Numbered from the whole stretch's first letter, positions 23,024-34,400 are shown. The stretch: DNA of 63,379 nt, filler included, from Reclinomonas americana ATCC 50394 (GCA_048213135.1; 19 parts of 19 records of this genome joined end to end with filler, not necessarily neighbours in it), one strand, 5' to 3'. Program-made: numbers and translations. The notes: generated by a model not told the origin, from the sequence alone.

Positions 23024-23518
23024 CTCTTTGCGGTCGTTTCTGCCTTCTTGCCGCAAGCAATCACGCCAGCCGCGGCCCAGGAAGCGCGTTTTCGCGTCAC
23101 GGTCTCCTGGATGCAGCATGAGATCGAACCGAGACAGCAGTCCCGTCCGACCTCCAGCACCTATCTGGTCACATTGCGGGGCAACACGGTCCACGAGGAA
23201 TTCGTCCACAGGGCCGGCCGCCGCGCCAGGGGTATCCGCCAGGCGTCGCGAGAAACCGCGCTGGGCGAGGACATGAACGGGCGCTTCACAACGAAGTGGA
23301 CCGTCATCAGCCAGAATACGCTTCTGCGCGTTGCCGCGCGGCCTTCGCATACCTTCGCGATCTGGCTGCGAACCGACGGAACCCGCTCATGCACCGCCTC
23401 GGCGGAATGGCGTCTCAAGCCCGGCCACAGCGTGTACGAGACATGGGCCCCCAAGCGGCGTGTGAAGATGCTCTTTTCGGAACCGACCGAGCAGAGCGCC
23501 GAATGCGAGGTCCTGTGA
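23024..23518 (+). CDS. Bacterial secreted hypothetical protein, paralog 1 (5' truncated)
   Basis: Intronless. Signal-peptide remnant ..PAAAQE, and the motif RPSHTFAIWLRTDGTRSCTASAEWRLKPG. Confidence 0.8.
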   Translation, partial: LFAVVSAFLPQAITPAAAQEARFRVTVSWMQHEIEPRQQSRPTSSTYLVTLRGNTVHEEFVHRAGRRARGIRQASRETALGEDMNGRFTTKWTVISQNTLLRVAARPSHTFAIWLRTDGTRSCTASAEWRLKPGHSVYETWAPKRRVKMLFSEPTEQSAECEVL

Positions 23519-23532
23519 AGATTTCCGCGCGA

Positions 23533-24060
23533 ATGCATGACCTTGCCTCGCCGCGGGTCCTCGCGGTCGGCGGCGTGCTCGCGGTCTTGGCTTGCCTGCC
23601 GCAGGCCTCATCCGCCGAAGAGGCGAAGTTCCGCATCACGACGAGCTGGATCGTCAACTATGTCGAGCCCAAGCCCCGATCGGTCATGCAGCAGAACTCG
23701 TATTTCGTTTCCCTCAAGAGCGACGGCACCGTGACGGAGCGGACCGAAACCAGGATCGGAAACGGCTGGCCCGGTGCGAATCTCGTCGAGACCGATACCG
23801 AGCTCGGCGGAAGCGACAGCCGACCGCGCAGAAAGGTCTGGCGGGTGGTCAACGAGACCACGCTCGTCAGGCTCCTTGCGCGCGAGTCTCACACCTTTGC
23901 GATCTGGCTGCGCACCCAAGGGAAGGATTCCTGCACGGCGACGCTGGAGTGGCGCCTGAAACCCGGCTTCACGCTCTTCGAAGCGCCGAAGAAGCCGGGC
24001 AAGCCCGTGGTTCGCTTCGCCGAGCCGAGCTGGCCCACCGCCCGGTGCGACGTTCTGTGA
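23533..24060 (+). CDS. Bacterial secreted hypothetical protein, paralog 2
   Basis: MHDLASPRVLAVGGVLAVLACLPQASSAEEAKF, and RESHTFAIWLRTQGKDSCTATLEWRLKPG. Confidence 0.85.
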   Translation: MHDLASPRVLAVGGVLAVLACLPQASSAEEAKFRITTSWIVNYVEPKPRSVMQQNSYFVSLKSDGTVTERTETRIGNGWPGANLVETDTELGGSDSRPRRKVWRVVNETTLVRLLARESHTFAIWLRTQGKDSCTATLEWRLKPGFTLFEAPKKPGKPVVRFAEPSWPTARCDVL

Positions 24061-24251
24061 GGCGGCATCTCGCACTCGCTGCGATGGCCTGCCTCACCCT
24101 TCTCGGCACCGCTCGCCCTGCCCGCGCCCAGGAGGTTCGTTTCCGGCTGTCCCTGGCCTGGACGATTCCCGAGATCGAGCCGCGGGAAAGGATCAGGCCG
24201 GCGAGCCGCACGATCACGGTCATCCTCGGCAAGGGCGGCGCGGTCAAGGAG
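24057..24251 (+). CDS. Bacterial secreted hypothetical protein, paralog 3 (3' truncated)
   Basis: GTG start overlaps the upstream TGA. RRHLALAAMACLTLLGTARPARAQEVRFRLSLAW..EIEP matches the paralog N-terminus. Confidence 0.75.
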
Positions 24252-24351
24252 NNNNNNNNNNNNNNNNNNNNNNNNNNNNNNNNNNNNNNNNNNNNTTAAT
24301 TAATTAANNNNNNNNNNNNNNNNNNNNNNNNNNNNNNNNNNNNNNNNNNNN

Positions 24352-24801
24352 GCCTGCCCTGCCCTCGCCCAGGAGGCACGCTTCCAGCTCTATCTTTCCT
24401 GGACCGAGCCTGAGATCGACGAAGAACCGAACGAGATCGTCCGGACGATCTATCTCACGCTTGGCAAGGATGGGACGATTACCGAGCAGATTCGTCGCGA
24501 TGGACTCGGGAGACGCCGGCCAGGGCTATCCCAGCAAGGCATCCTTGGCGAGGATGTCGACGGACGGGTGAAGGGGCGCTGGAAGGTCGTGAACGCAGGG
24601 ACGCTCGTGCGTCTCACCGCCGAGCGCTCGCACACCTTCGCCATCTGGCTGACCACGGACGGCAAGGCCTCCTGCTCGGTCAGGCTGGAATGGCGGTTGA
24701 AACCCGGCTTCAAGACCTATGAGCGATGGGACCTGCGCGAGCAGGACACGGTGAGGTTCGCTCAGCCCGTCGTCAACCGGACGTCCTGCTCGGCCTTCTG
24801 A
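24352..24801 (+). CDS. Bacterial secreted hypothetical protein, paralog 4 (5' truncated)
   Basis: PALAQEARFQLYLSWTEPEID, and ERSHTFAIWLTTDGKASCSVRLEWRLKPG. Confidence 0.8.
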   Translation, partial: ACPALAQEARFQLYLSWTEPEIDEEPNEIVRTIYLTLGKDGTITEQIRRDGLGRRRPGLSQQGILGEDVDGRVKGRWKVVNAGTLVRLTAERSHTFAIWLTTDGKASCSVRLEWRLKPGFKTYERWDLREQDTVRFAQPVVNRTSCSAF

Positions 24802-25526
24802 GCCCGGATCAGCATATGCGGGCGGAAGCGCGGGAACAGGTATTCGAAGCTCCGGAACGGCAGCTTCTTCAGGCTCTCCGACGGACTCTGCCAGAGCATC
24901 TCGACCTCGACCGGCTTCAGGCCCGCCTCCCGCAGGCAGGCCTCCAGCTCCGGCCGCGTATATTCGCGCCGGTGAACGTATTCGTGCTCGAAATCGACCT
25001 CGGCGAAGAGATCCTTCGGCAAAGCGACGATCGAGCGGTTGAAGATCAGCTTCAGGATGTTCCGCAGCCGCGCGAAATTGTCGGTCGTGATGAAGATCTG
25101 GCCGTTCTCGGACAGTGCCGAACGCAGCTTGCGCAGGATCGTGGTCGGGTCGATGCGCAGATGTTCGATATTGTCGAACCAAAACACCGCATCGACGCCG
25201 TCGAGCGGGGAGACCCAGTCGGGCGCCGAGATATCGCCGGCGAACATCCCCGCGAAATTGCCGTAGAGATCGCTCTCGATCGCCAGGGTCTCGGCGAAAT
25301 CCACCACGAAGACCGAAGCATCCAGATGCTTCTGGACGACTTCCTCGACGAAAGCGCCACCCGCCCCAAGAGACAGGACGCGAGGACTGCGCCCCAATGC
25401 GCTCAGCGCCATGTTCGCCGAGCGATACTGCCGGTAGAAGCTGCTTTCGAAATAGGACTTCATGTGGAACTTGCGCTTTTCCAGATCGATCGACGACCTG
25501 AATTCATCCGGCGTCAGCGCGTTCAT
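24762..25526 (-). CDS. Bacterial class I SAM-dependent methyltransferase
   Basis: RVLSLGAG motif I, VFVVD, DAVFWFDNIEHL, GQIFITTDN and HRREYT. Confidence 0.85.
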   Translation of the reverse strand: MNALTPDEFRSSIDLEKRKFHMKSYFESSFYRQYRSANMALSALGRSPRVLSLGAGGAFVEEVVQKHLDASVFVVDFAETLAIESDLYGNFAGMFAGDISAPDWVSPLDGVDAVFWFDNIEHLRIDPTTILRKLRSALSENGQIFITTDNFARLRNILKLIFNRSIVALPKDLFAEVDFEHEYVHRREYTRPELEACLREAGLKPVEVEMLWQSPSESLKKLPFRSFEYLFPRFRPHMLIRAQKAEQDVRLTTG

Positions 25527-25694
25527 GCAGCGCAACCTTCCCAAGCAATCTCCGGCAGGCTGATAGCGTGGACAGATTAAATAATTGTCCTCCGNNNNNN
25601 NNNNNNNNNNNNNNNNNNNNNNNNNNNNNNNNNNNNNNTTAATTAATTAANNNNNNNNNNNNNNNNNNNNNNNNNNNNNNNNNNNNNNNNNNNN

Positions 25695-26338
25695 ATGCTC
25701 GCCGCAGCCAGGGACGAATGCCTGAGGATCCGCTGCGCCAGCGCGTTCGCCGCCGGCAGCAGCTCCTCATGCGGCACCACCGCGTTGATCAGCCCCATCT
25801 CCAGCGCCCGCTGCGGTGTGAACGGATCGCCGGTCAGCAGCAGCTCCATGGCGCGTTTGCGCCCGGCCAGACGCGGCAGGCGCTGCGTCCCGCCGAAAGT
25901 GGGCGGCATGCCCAGATTGATCTCGGGCTTGGCGAACATCGCCCGCTCGCTGGCGATGGCGAGTGGCACCGCCTCGGTGACCTCGCAGCCGCCGCCATAG
26001 GCGAGCCCGTTCACCGCCGCGATCACGGGTTTGCCGAAAGCCTCCAGCCGCGCCGTCAGCTTCTGCCCGCGGCGGACGAAATCGCGCACCGCCTGCTCCG
26101 GCCCGGCCGCGACGCTCCGCGAGAACTCGTGGATGTCGCCGCCGGCCGAAAAGGCGCGCTCGCCCGCGCCGGTCAGGATCACGGCCCGGACCGAAGGATC
26201 GATCTCGATCGCATCGAGCAGTTCGAGCAGGCGGTCGATCAGCCCGTAGCTCAGCGCATTCAGCTTCTCGGGCCGGTTCAGCGTCAGCGTCGCGATCGCC
26301 TCGCGCTGTTGAATCAGGATGGGATCATTATCGGGCAT
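25695..26338 (-). CDS. Bacterial enoyl-CoA hydratase/isomerase (crotonase) family, 3' truncated
   Basis: LTLNRPEKLNAL, AFSAGGDI, KPVIAAVNGLAYGGGCE and PEINLGMPPTFGGTQRL. Confidence 0.95.
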
Positions 26339-26392
26339 GGCCTTGGCGTCCTTCCGGTTTCAGGTCGCAGCAAGGCTGCGGCCAAGGCTTGA

Positions 26393-26422
26393 CGATGTAT
26401 ACTCACTGTACGGTATACATCG
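26393..26422. promoter_or_regulatory. Inverted repeat, probable TetR operator
   Basis: Perfect CGATGTATAC-N10-GTATACATCG between the divergent genes, overlapping TTGACG (26389-26394) and ending 4 nt before the TetR ATG. Confidence 0.8.
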
Positions 26423-26426
26423 AGGC

Positions 26427-26855
26427 ATGGCCGAACCCGACAAGCCGACGCGCACCCGCATCATCGAGGCCGCCAGCAAGCTCTTCTATGGCGAGGGCAT
26501 CCGCGCCGTCAGCGTCGATGCGGTGGCTGAGAAGGCCGGCGTCACCAAGCGCACGCTCTACTACCATTTCGAGAGCAAGGACGAGCTCGTCGCCGCCTAT
26601 CTCGAGGCGCGCGACCAGCCCAATCTCAAGCTGATGGCCGGCTGGTTCGACAAGGCCGAAGGCGGGCTGCCGCAAAAGATCGAGGCGATCTTCCAGAACC
26701 TCGCGCGCTCCGCCCGCCATCCGCGCTGGAAGGGCTGCGGCTTCCTGCGCACCGCCGCCGAGCTCGCCAACCTGCCCGGCCACCCCGCAATCAAAAATCG
26801 GCGCGCGCCACAAGGCCGGCTTCGAGCGCTGGCTCGCCAGTGCCTGCGCGACCAC
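26427..26855 (+). CDS. Bacterial TetR/AcrR transcriptional regulator (3' truncated; probable homopolymer frameshift at 26793-26797)
   Basis: TRTRIIEAASKLFYGEGIRAVSVDAVAEKAGVTKRTLYYHFESKDEL and WKGCGFL. Confidence 0.95.
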
Positions 26856-26955
26856 NNNNNNNNNNNNNNNNNNNNNNNNNNNNNNNNNNNNNNNNNNNNT
26901 TAATTAATTAANNNNNNNNNNNNNNNNNNNNNNNNNNNNNNNNNNNNNNNNNNNN

Positions 26956-28434
26956 ACGCGTGTGAGCTGCCCCCACGCGTTCCGCCGGTTCAGGGGAGAT
27001 GATGGCCTCATCGGCAGGCGCTCGGTGTTGGCGAGGGGCAACGCCGCTGGCCTCTGCGGCCGGTGCTGGTCCTCCGACACGATGTTGCACGTGCATAGAA
27101 CTGCGTACCCAGCAACACAGAGGATGATGAGTAAACGGACATCATGCATTCTCGTGGGAATGGTCAAGTATACTAGTCACCTCGCCACAGCGTGTGCACC
27201 GACACCTGGAGCGACCGACGAGGAGTCTCCGGCTGGTCGAGACAGCAGCAAATCACGCAGGCTAAGAAGGCGCCCAATCGCTGCACTCTGCGTCACGCCG
27301 GCGCCTAACTTGGAGACAAGATCGTCGAGCTGTTCCTTGACGGACAGCTCCAAGTTGACGCAGGCTCTGGGGGTCGTGTTCTTCTCCTCCACCGGTTTCC
27401 GGGGACGACCTCGCTTGCGCTTGGCCTCGGCTACGGGGCCAACGGCATCGTCACCGCCGTCAAAGTCGGCGGGCACGGGCACGGCCGCGACCGGCACACC
27501 ATCGTCGCCGGCTGCGACGCCTTGCGCTTCATCTGGCAGCACAGCAGCCGGTGCGAGATCGCCGTCGGCAGCGGCGACGACTGGCTGTAGGGGGACAGCT
27601 TGCGGCGGTTGCGGTGGCTGCCGCGGAGACGAGGGCGCTGGGGCTTGCGGCTCGGCAGGTGCCGGCGGTGGTGGTTGCCGTGCCGGTGGCGGTGACATTA
27701 CAGACGGTGGGGAAATTGGTGGGGCGGCGCCTCGGCGGTTCTTCACACTGGCACTGCGCGCACGGGACGATTCCGACACACTGGACCGTGTGGACCCAGT
27801 GGTGGTAGCGGTTTGCGCGCGAGACGATGCAGGGCGCGGCCGCTTCCGCGCAGGAGACGAGGCCGACCGAGATGATGTTGCCTTCGGCGCCGACCGCTCC
27901 AGTCGCACTGCGAGTGGTGACAAAGGAGCGCTGGCCTCGCCCCCGCGCTCCGCAGACTGTGCCCGCCGTCGTCGCTTGCCCGCCTGCATCCCAACAGGCG
28001 ACATGACAACATCCGCATTGTGCGTGGAGCTTGATCCGCGAGGAGGTCGAAATGGCACAGCGTCGTCCTCCATGGGCAGAGCGCGCGCGGCAGCGTTCAT
28101 CCGCACACTTCCGCCGAGTGTATGGCGCCTCTGTGACGGCTGCTGTGAGGGAGAGTGGTGTGTGAGCACACACGACATTTGCATTTCGCGCCAAGATGAC
28201 GCGGATGACGTGCGGGGTCAGTGGGTGCAATGTTGAGACTCTTTCTGCGTGCACTCCCCAGGCAGAGGTGTTCCTCGTGGAGTGCGAGCACGCCGTGCGT
28301 GCGTGTGCACATGGAAGGGGGGGAGTAGTGGACCGCAATGGGTGGAAATGACCGACAAAACGCACCACAGACTCTTCCGCTGATTCGCAGGCCGCCAAAA
28401 GCACTTCCAGTCCATCACCATGATGTACACTCAT
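26956..28434 (-). CDS. Spliced putative DNA-binding protein with an AT-hook and a ribbon-helix-helix-like segment (3' end in gap)
   Basis: Pro/Ala/Ser-rich disordered region, KRKRGRPRKP (about 27393-27423), then RACVNLELSVKEQLDDLVSKLGAGVTQSAAIGRLL. The exon 1 assignment (MSVHHGDGLEVLLAA) is tentative. Confidence 0.6.
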
Positions 28435-28494
28435 GTTGCAGTGAGCGGCGGCGCGCGGCGATGCGTGGAAGTGACCTTTGGATTTTTCTTGAAT

Positions 28495-31400
28495 TCACCG
28501 AAAATCTGGTGGAAGCGTCCCTTTAATAGAAATCCGACACAAACAAAGAAAGTGAGCGCAGCACACTTGCACAACTATGCACAGTGAGAAACGACTCACT
28601 CTTCTGTGCAGCCTGGCGCTGAACTTGCCGAACGCAAAGTGCTGCGTAAACCACGCGGTCTCCTTGCCTGTCCTGCGCCGCTTTTGCGTGACACGGCCTT
28701 GTGCGTCCACGTGCGTCGTCTTGCGTGCAATGATTCGCGGCACCTGTTTGTTGAAATGGGGGACGATACATCGGCTGAAACGATGCTCTCCCACGAGGCT
28801 GTGGCGAGAAAGAAAGCCAAGAAGCATTAATAAGAAAAGCCGCCCACACAAACGTGCCGACACATACAAAGCACTCGAGCTCCGGGCACAGCGCACGCAA
28901 CAACTCGACAACAAAGTTGTGGAAACCATCACGATCTCGGGCAAGTTGCGCCCACAGAGACCGTCGTAGAGCAGCGAAGTGCTTGGCAATCGTTCGAGAG
29001 GCAAATTTTCCGAACTTTGCCTGCTGGCATTGCAGCTGTTTCAGCCGTTTCCGATACTTTCTCATGTAGAGTCGGCAGAAGGCCTTCCCAATCTCAAGCA
29101 CCTCCACCCCACGACCATCTGAGAGCACGTAGAAAGCAAGAACGATCAGTCCGACAGCTACCACACACGACTGTGGTGCAGTGAAACACTCACCGCGACC
29201 AACGGTGAGGCAAGCGAATGCAAGTCGTATTCCAGGGTCGATCGCGATAATGGACTCGAACTCTGCCATGAGCTGGCACAGCAGGACCTCATAGTCGGCT
29301 CGTGGACGGCCGGCGTCCACTGCCGGCTTGCGCGTCCGTTGGCGAGGTTTCGCTGATGATGCTGAAGCTGCTGCAGGTGGCGCAGAACTTGCGGGAACAC
29401 GGCCACGATCTGTGACCTCGGCACCCGTTGGAGCAGTAGCAGCAGTCGGAGCAGCAGTCGGAGCAGCAGTCGGAGCAGCAGTCAGAGCAGCAGTCGGAGC
29501 AGTCTTAGCAGAACGCGGCAGGTTTTTGCGGTACTCAGTCTCCACGTGCAGACCGTCCAGGGCCGAGAGATGCAGAGCAGCCAACTTGTGGCGAGCGTGG
29601 CGATTAGCCCACGCTCCACGCGCAGCCGCCTGCTGACTGGTGATGACCGAAACTGGTGTGCGCATTGCGTCGTCCCACGCCACTCCGGCGACAAGCACCT
29701 CCCCCAGGTAAGTCGCTCCGTCCAGATCTGCTTTTGCTAGCAAAGCGCGTAGCAGCAGCGCACGGACAAAGATATCGGCGTCCGCGTCTGCGGGGTAGTA
29801 GACTGTATGTGAGAACCGAATACCACTGTTAACCAGCGCATCACCGGCCGGCACACACTCACCTCGCTGTCGACAGTGAACAAGGCGCTCCAGGCATTCG
29901 CGAGCGTGTGCGGACTTGCATTCGTCCTCGAGCCAGAGTATCATATCCTCCCAGATTTCTCCAGAACGCAAGTCAAATGCCGCCGCCGCTCGGCCAACGC
30001 CATCCCCCGTGTACTTCACAAACCACCTTGGCGCGAACGCCGTTGTGTCGATGTGCATGCGGAGTCGCCCGCGCAAATCATTGGCTCGCCGTGGCTCAAG
30101 CAGGAATCGCTGAAGGCAAGCGAGTCGTCGGCATTCAATGGTTTGAATGGCAATTAGCGCTGCAAACCAGGTGATGAACAGCGATTAGTTTGATCATTGA
30201 GGGTCGCTTGCAGTGGGCAAGATATATAACGCGCACCAACTTCAAGCCGGATGGAAGCAAGGCCAACTGCAGCGTCGTCATGATCACAATTGTACTTGAT
30301 CTCGCTGCGCACGCTCTCCGGAGAAGATTCAAGCTCGTCATCGGAGCTGACAGCAACGACCAGGGACCGCAATCCAAGAAGCGCAATGCATCGAATCTGA
30401 GAGACACTCGCTGCGTGCGAAAACACAAAACTTAGCACAAGACGAATTACACATCACTCCGCTTTCCCGTTGTCTCTTCTCTCCGCCATTTCGCACTCCA
30501 TGTCTACTTCATCTTCCTCCGCTCTGCGTCTCTCCCCCCACCTCTCCCTGAGTCCCCAATACCGCTACCACTACGCTCACGTACCAGCAACAGCGTGGCG
30601 AACTTGCAGTGTGTTGGTCAAAGTCGTCATTGCTGTGAGTGCATTTCGAGCAGCGTCCTCCACCAGCCAACCAGCGGCGTGATACCGTACATCGACGTCT
30701 GCTCCTCCGACAAAGAGCGAGAGAACAGAGACATCACGATCGTCGGTCAGCACGCTATGCGGCAGGTGGTGCTCCAGATCCAGATCCTCCTCCGCCGTCA
30801 TCTCCAGCACCTTGTGTCGTGCGTCAAACAGAAGATGTCGCATCCTCGTCAGCCGACAGCCTGCAATAATCGCACGCAACGAGTCGTGCGCCACCGACGA
30901 GACAAACTCCGCAAGAGACAGAGACAGTGGGCAGCCTCGTAAGAACACGCTGTACATCGCCGCACGCGCTGACTTCGCATCCGTGCCGCTGGGTTCAGAC
31001 GCGACAAAATGACTGAGCGCAAACGCAGACGCCTCGGTGGCAACACTCCAGAGTGTCCGGCCAGCTGCAGCGAAGAGCGAAGTCGACAATTGCCGCACTT
31101 CATCACTCGCTACGAGTGTATCAACAACCAGCTTGTCCAGTACCGTGATTAGCAACTCGCGGCTTTTTTCTGTCATGTCGATCATCGATCAACAACGAGT
31201 CAGTGAACAGGGGAATAAATGACGAATCGCACACACACATGCGCGCTGCGTACCCTCCTCGCCCGCGCGGCAACTGCGGCATTCCTTGGCGCACTCCAGC
31301 CGTTGAGTCAAGGCAGTGACTTTACGCGTTCGGATCGCGGACTGTGCGTGCAGCATGCCGGCTGCGTCTTGGTAGACATTGGCCACGGCATCCAGCACTG

Positions 31401-34400
31401 CCGACGACCATCGCAACCAAGCGGTAGTGAATGTGACGCCGGCTTGTGCGCGAGCAGATTCGTGAAGGAAGGTGCGCATTCTGTTTCTAACAGCGGTCCG
31501 AAACGCGACAAAGGCCTCGCCTATCCATCGCACAGTCGAGTGTGAGAAAAATGGCTCTGCATAACACACCTGCAGCAAACAACATACCACACTCAGTCGA
31601 ATGCACGCCATCGATTCCGGTAGCCATGCTGGCGAACAGCAAAGAAGCGGCTACCACTTTTTCGAGTGCGTTGATGCAGCGAAGCGTGTCATCGCGGTGC
31701 TTCTGTGTCAACGGCGTGGTGACGATCCGGTTGACAGCCGACGGCACGACATGCAGCGTCGCACACAGCAGCGTGTGTAGTGACCAGCTGTCGCCCTCGC
31801 TCTCCGCAGCACCGTGGCCAGCAAGCGTGTCGTCGAACCATGGGGCGTTGGTGCCCAGCTGCGCGTGCAACAGTCGGAGACCGTCGCAGAGTTGTTGTCG
31901 CAAATCGGTGCGTGCCGGCATGCAGGCTCCCGCAGGCACACCGGCAGCAGTTGGAGCTCGAGATGGTGGGAGCGAAGGGCTGGCAGTGGCCGGGGCTTGT
32001 CGCAACAGGTCGGCCAGCAACTCGACACAGCGGACGATCCGATCCACGGCACTCGAGCAGGTGTGCTTTCGCGTGAAAATGCTGGCATCGGCGACTCGCA
32101 TCGACAGCTCAAGCAGCCTACGAACGGCCGTAACCGCATCGTGGATGATCTCGACAGGCATGTCGTCAATCTGGTCACCGAGGAGAGCAGAGCGCGAAAG
32201 GCGGGGCCACGGTGGAACGTCGACGTCGGCACCAGATAAGACGTGGAGAATGTGCGTAAACGCAAACAGCTCACGTTGCCTCTCTCCCGTGTCAAACGAT
32301 GAGCGAGCGACACGTGCTGCTGAACCTGCAGGGCACGCGCAGTCAAGTTAGCTACTACTGCGCGAAGAACATGAAAGCAGGAAGTGTCGGCCCAGCAACA
32401 CACACCACCCACCCACACACCTTTCACAAAGCGCAGTGCCAAATCAGCAAGTGTTNNNNNNNNNNNNNNNNNNNNNNNNNNNNNNNNNNNNNNNNNNNNT
32501 TAATTAATTAANNNNNNNNNNNNNNNNNNNNNNNNNNNNNNNNNNNNNNNNNNNNAGCTGTGTGTGTCATGATCAGTGACCACGCGTGAGCAACAATATG
32601 GACGAATGAATGGCACCATACAAACCTCGTGAGCGAGGCGTGTTCTTCTCCTTCTTCTTCTTCGGCGCCTGCACCTGGCTCCCGACTGGTGCAGCTGAAG
32701 TCGACTCGGCTGCTAGCACTTGCGTGCGCATCTCATTGGTGCCGACTGCTGGATCCACCTCGTCGCCATCGGCCTCCCCCTCCTCGAGCTCACCGTCGTC
32801 GTCGTCGTCATCGTCGTCGTCGACACCAAGAGCAGCCGCCACGAGCTCGGCAACCACCACCTCCTCGTCGTCGTCGTCGCTGCTGTCATCCGCCTCGTCG
32901 ATGACCACAGCGGCGACAGTCGGCATCGCGATCGGCAAATTCTCAATGTACCGAAAAAAGACGTCGTCGGCCGTCGAGTACAAGACCGCCAGGTCGGCGG
33001 TCGTATAGAGGTTGCCGATGCGGTCGCTCACCAACTGTGAGGCCAGTGTGTGCTTGACAATCAAGTCAACGAGTTCCTTGATGGATTTTTTCATCCACAC
33101 TTTCCGCTTTTTGCCCTTGATCCGGTCCGCCTTGTTCACTACGGACGCCACAGCTTGACCGATGAGGTGCGCGATCGCTGTCACGGTCTCCTCACAGTCA
33201 CGCCCGTATATCGGTACTGTGACAATATCAACACCGGCGGTGTGCATGTCGTCATCTGTGTGCGATTCACAATTATTCTTCAATCCGCAGTCATCGAGAA
33301 GGACACTGGCAGTAAGGGAAGAGTTCAAACGAACCCATGGCAGTCGGGTCCTCGTCGCCGCCCTTGGCTGCATCTGCCGCTGCATCAGCATCGACCGGAG
33401 CCTCGAGTTTGCATCGTGCCTTGTTCAGCATGCTCAAGATCTTCCTCCAACAGCGCTCTAAACATGCCCAACATCAGCAACAACGCGTCACACGAGCAGG
33501 GCCGGCAGTGGGGAGGGTACTTGCGCAACTGAGTCCGATTCGACCAGCGTGGAAGGCGGAGTGCAGCTGGTGCAGGGAAGACTGGAATCGTTGCAAGACC
33601 TCGCCAGTCACCGCATCGGTTTCGATAAAGGCTGCGCAGCATGCGACAGTGAGGATAACACACTGGAAAATTGACACGAGTGGAGAGCAAATGGTTGCGG
33701 CACCTTGTTGTAGGTACTGCAATCTTACAACGTCCGACAAAATTCGCTCCAATGCGACGCGGGTATCCCGGCAATGTTCAGTGAATTCTCGCACCAACAC
33801 GTCATCGTCGCAGATGGCAGCAAATAGTGGCATGTCGCGCAAACTCTCCTTGAACGGCTGGAAGTCTGCGGGAAAGAGACCAAAGGCAGCACCGAGGCAT
33901 GCAGCATTCTTCGCAGCCCCCCAGAATGAATTCGCTGCACGTGAAGTCAGACAACAATGACACACACTCACACATACACACAGGCACAATGACGCGATAT
34001 CACCAAATTGCAAGAGAACATTCACCTTGCAGTGTTGCAGCCTTGGCGGCGTCGACGGCCTCGTCGGGAGCACCCTCCTCCAACGTGATGACGACGGGCA
34101 CAGGCGCGTTGAGAATCGGCATATACTCTGCATGCATGCATCCGCGTCACGTCCGATTGGTCAGCACGTGGACGACTCACAGATGAAAACATGTTGGCCT
34201 ATAGCTCCAAACAGACCTTCGATCACGGGCATGGCGTTCCGTCTCGCAGTGCATGCCAATTCCGCGCTGTCGACACGGCCTCCCACACGTACGGCATCTT
34301 GCACGAACTTGTCCAACTTAGCCTCCACGTGTAGCAGTGCAGACGAGGCCAGCTTCCACGGAGACGGCGCGGCATCCTCCTGCAAAATGGCATAAGTAAG

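Noticed and set aside
26793..26797. Programmed frameshift or pseudogenisation of TetR
   Set aside because: Removing one A from the A5 run restores KIGARHKAGFERWL; this looks like a homopolymer error near a contig end.
23024..26855. Horizontal transfer of bacterial genes, or functional linkage to the adjacent Fanzor-like locus
   Set aside because: The pieces are separated by spacers with no host-like sequence on them, so adjacency is not evidence of linkage.
28097..28312. CKCRVC as the missing Fanzor zinc finger
   Set aside because: There is no preceding ExxTSxxCxxC and no following DxN motif, and it falls in a likely intron of the next gene.
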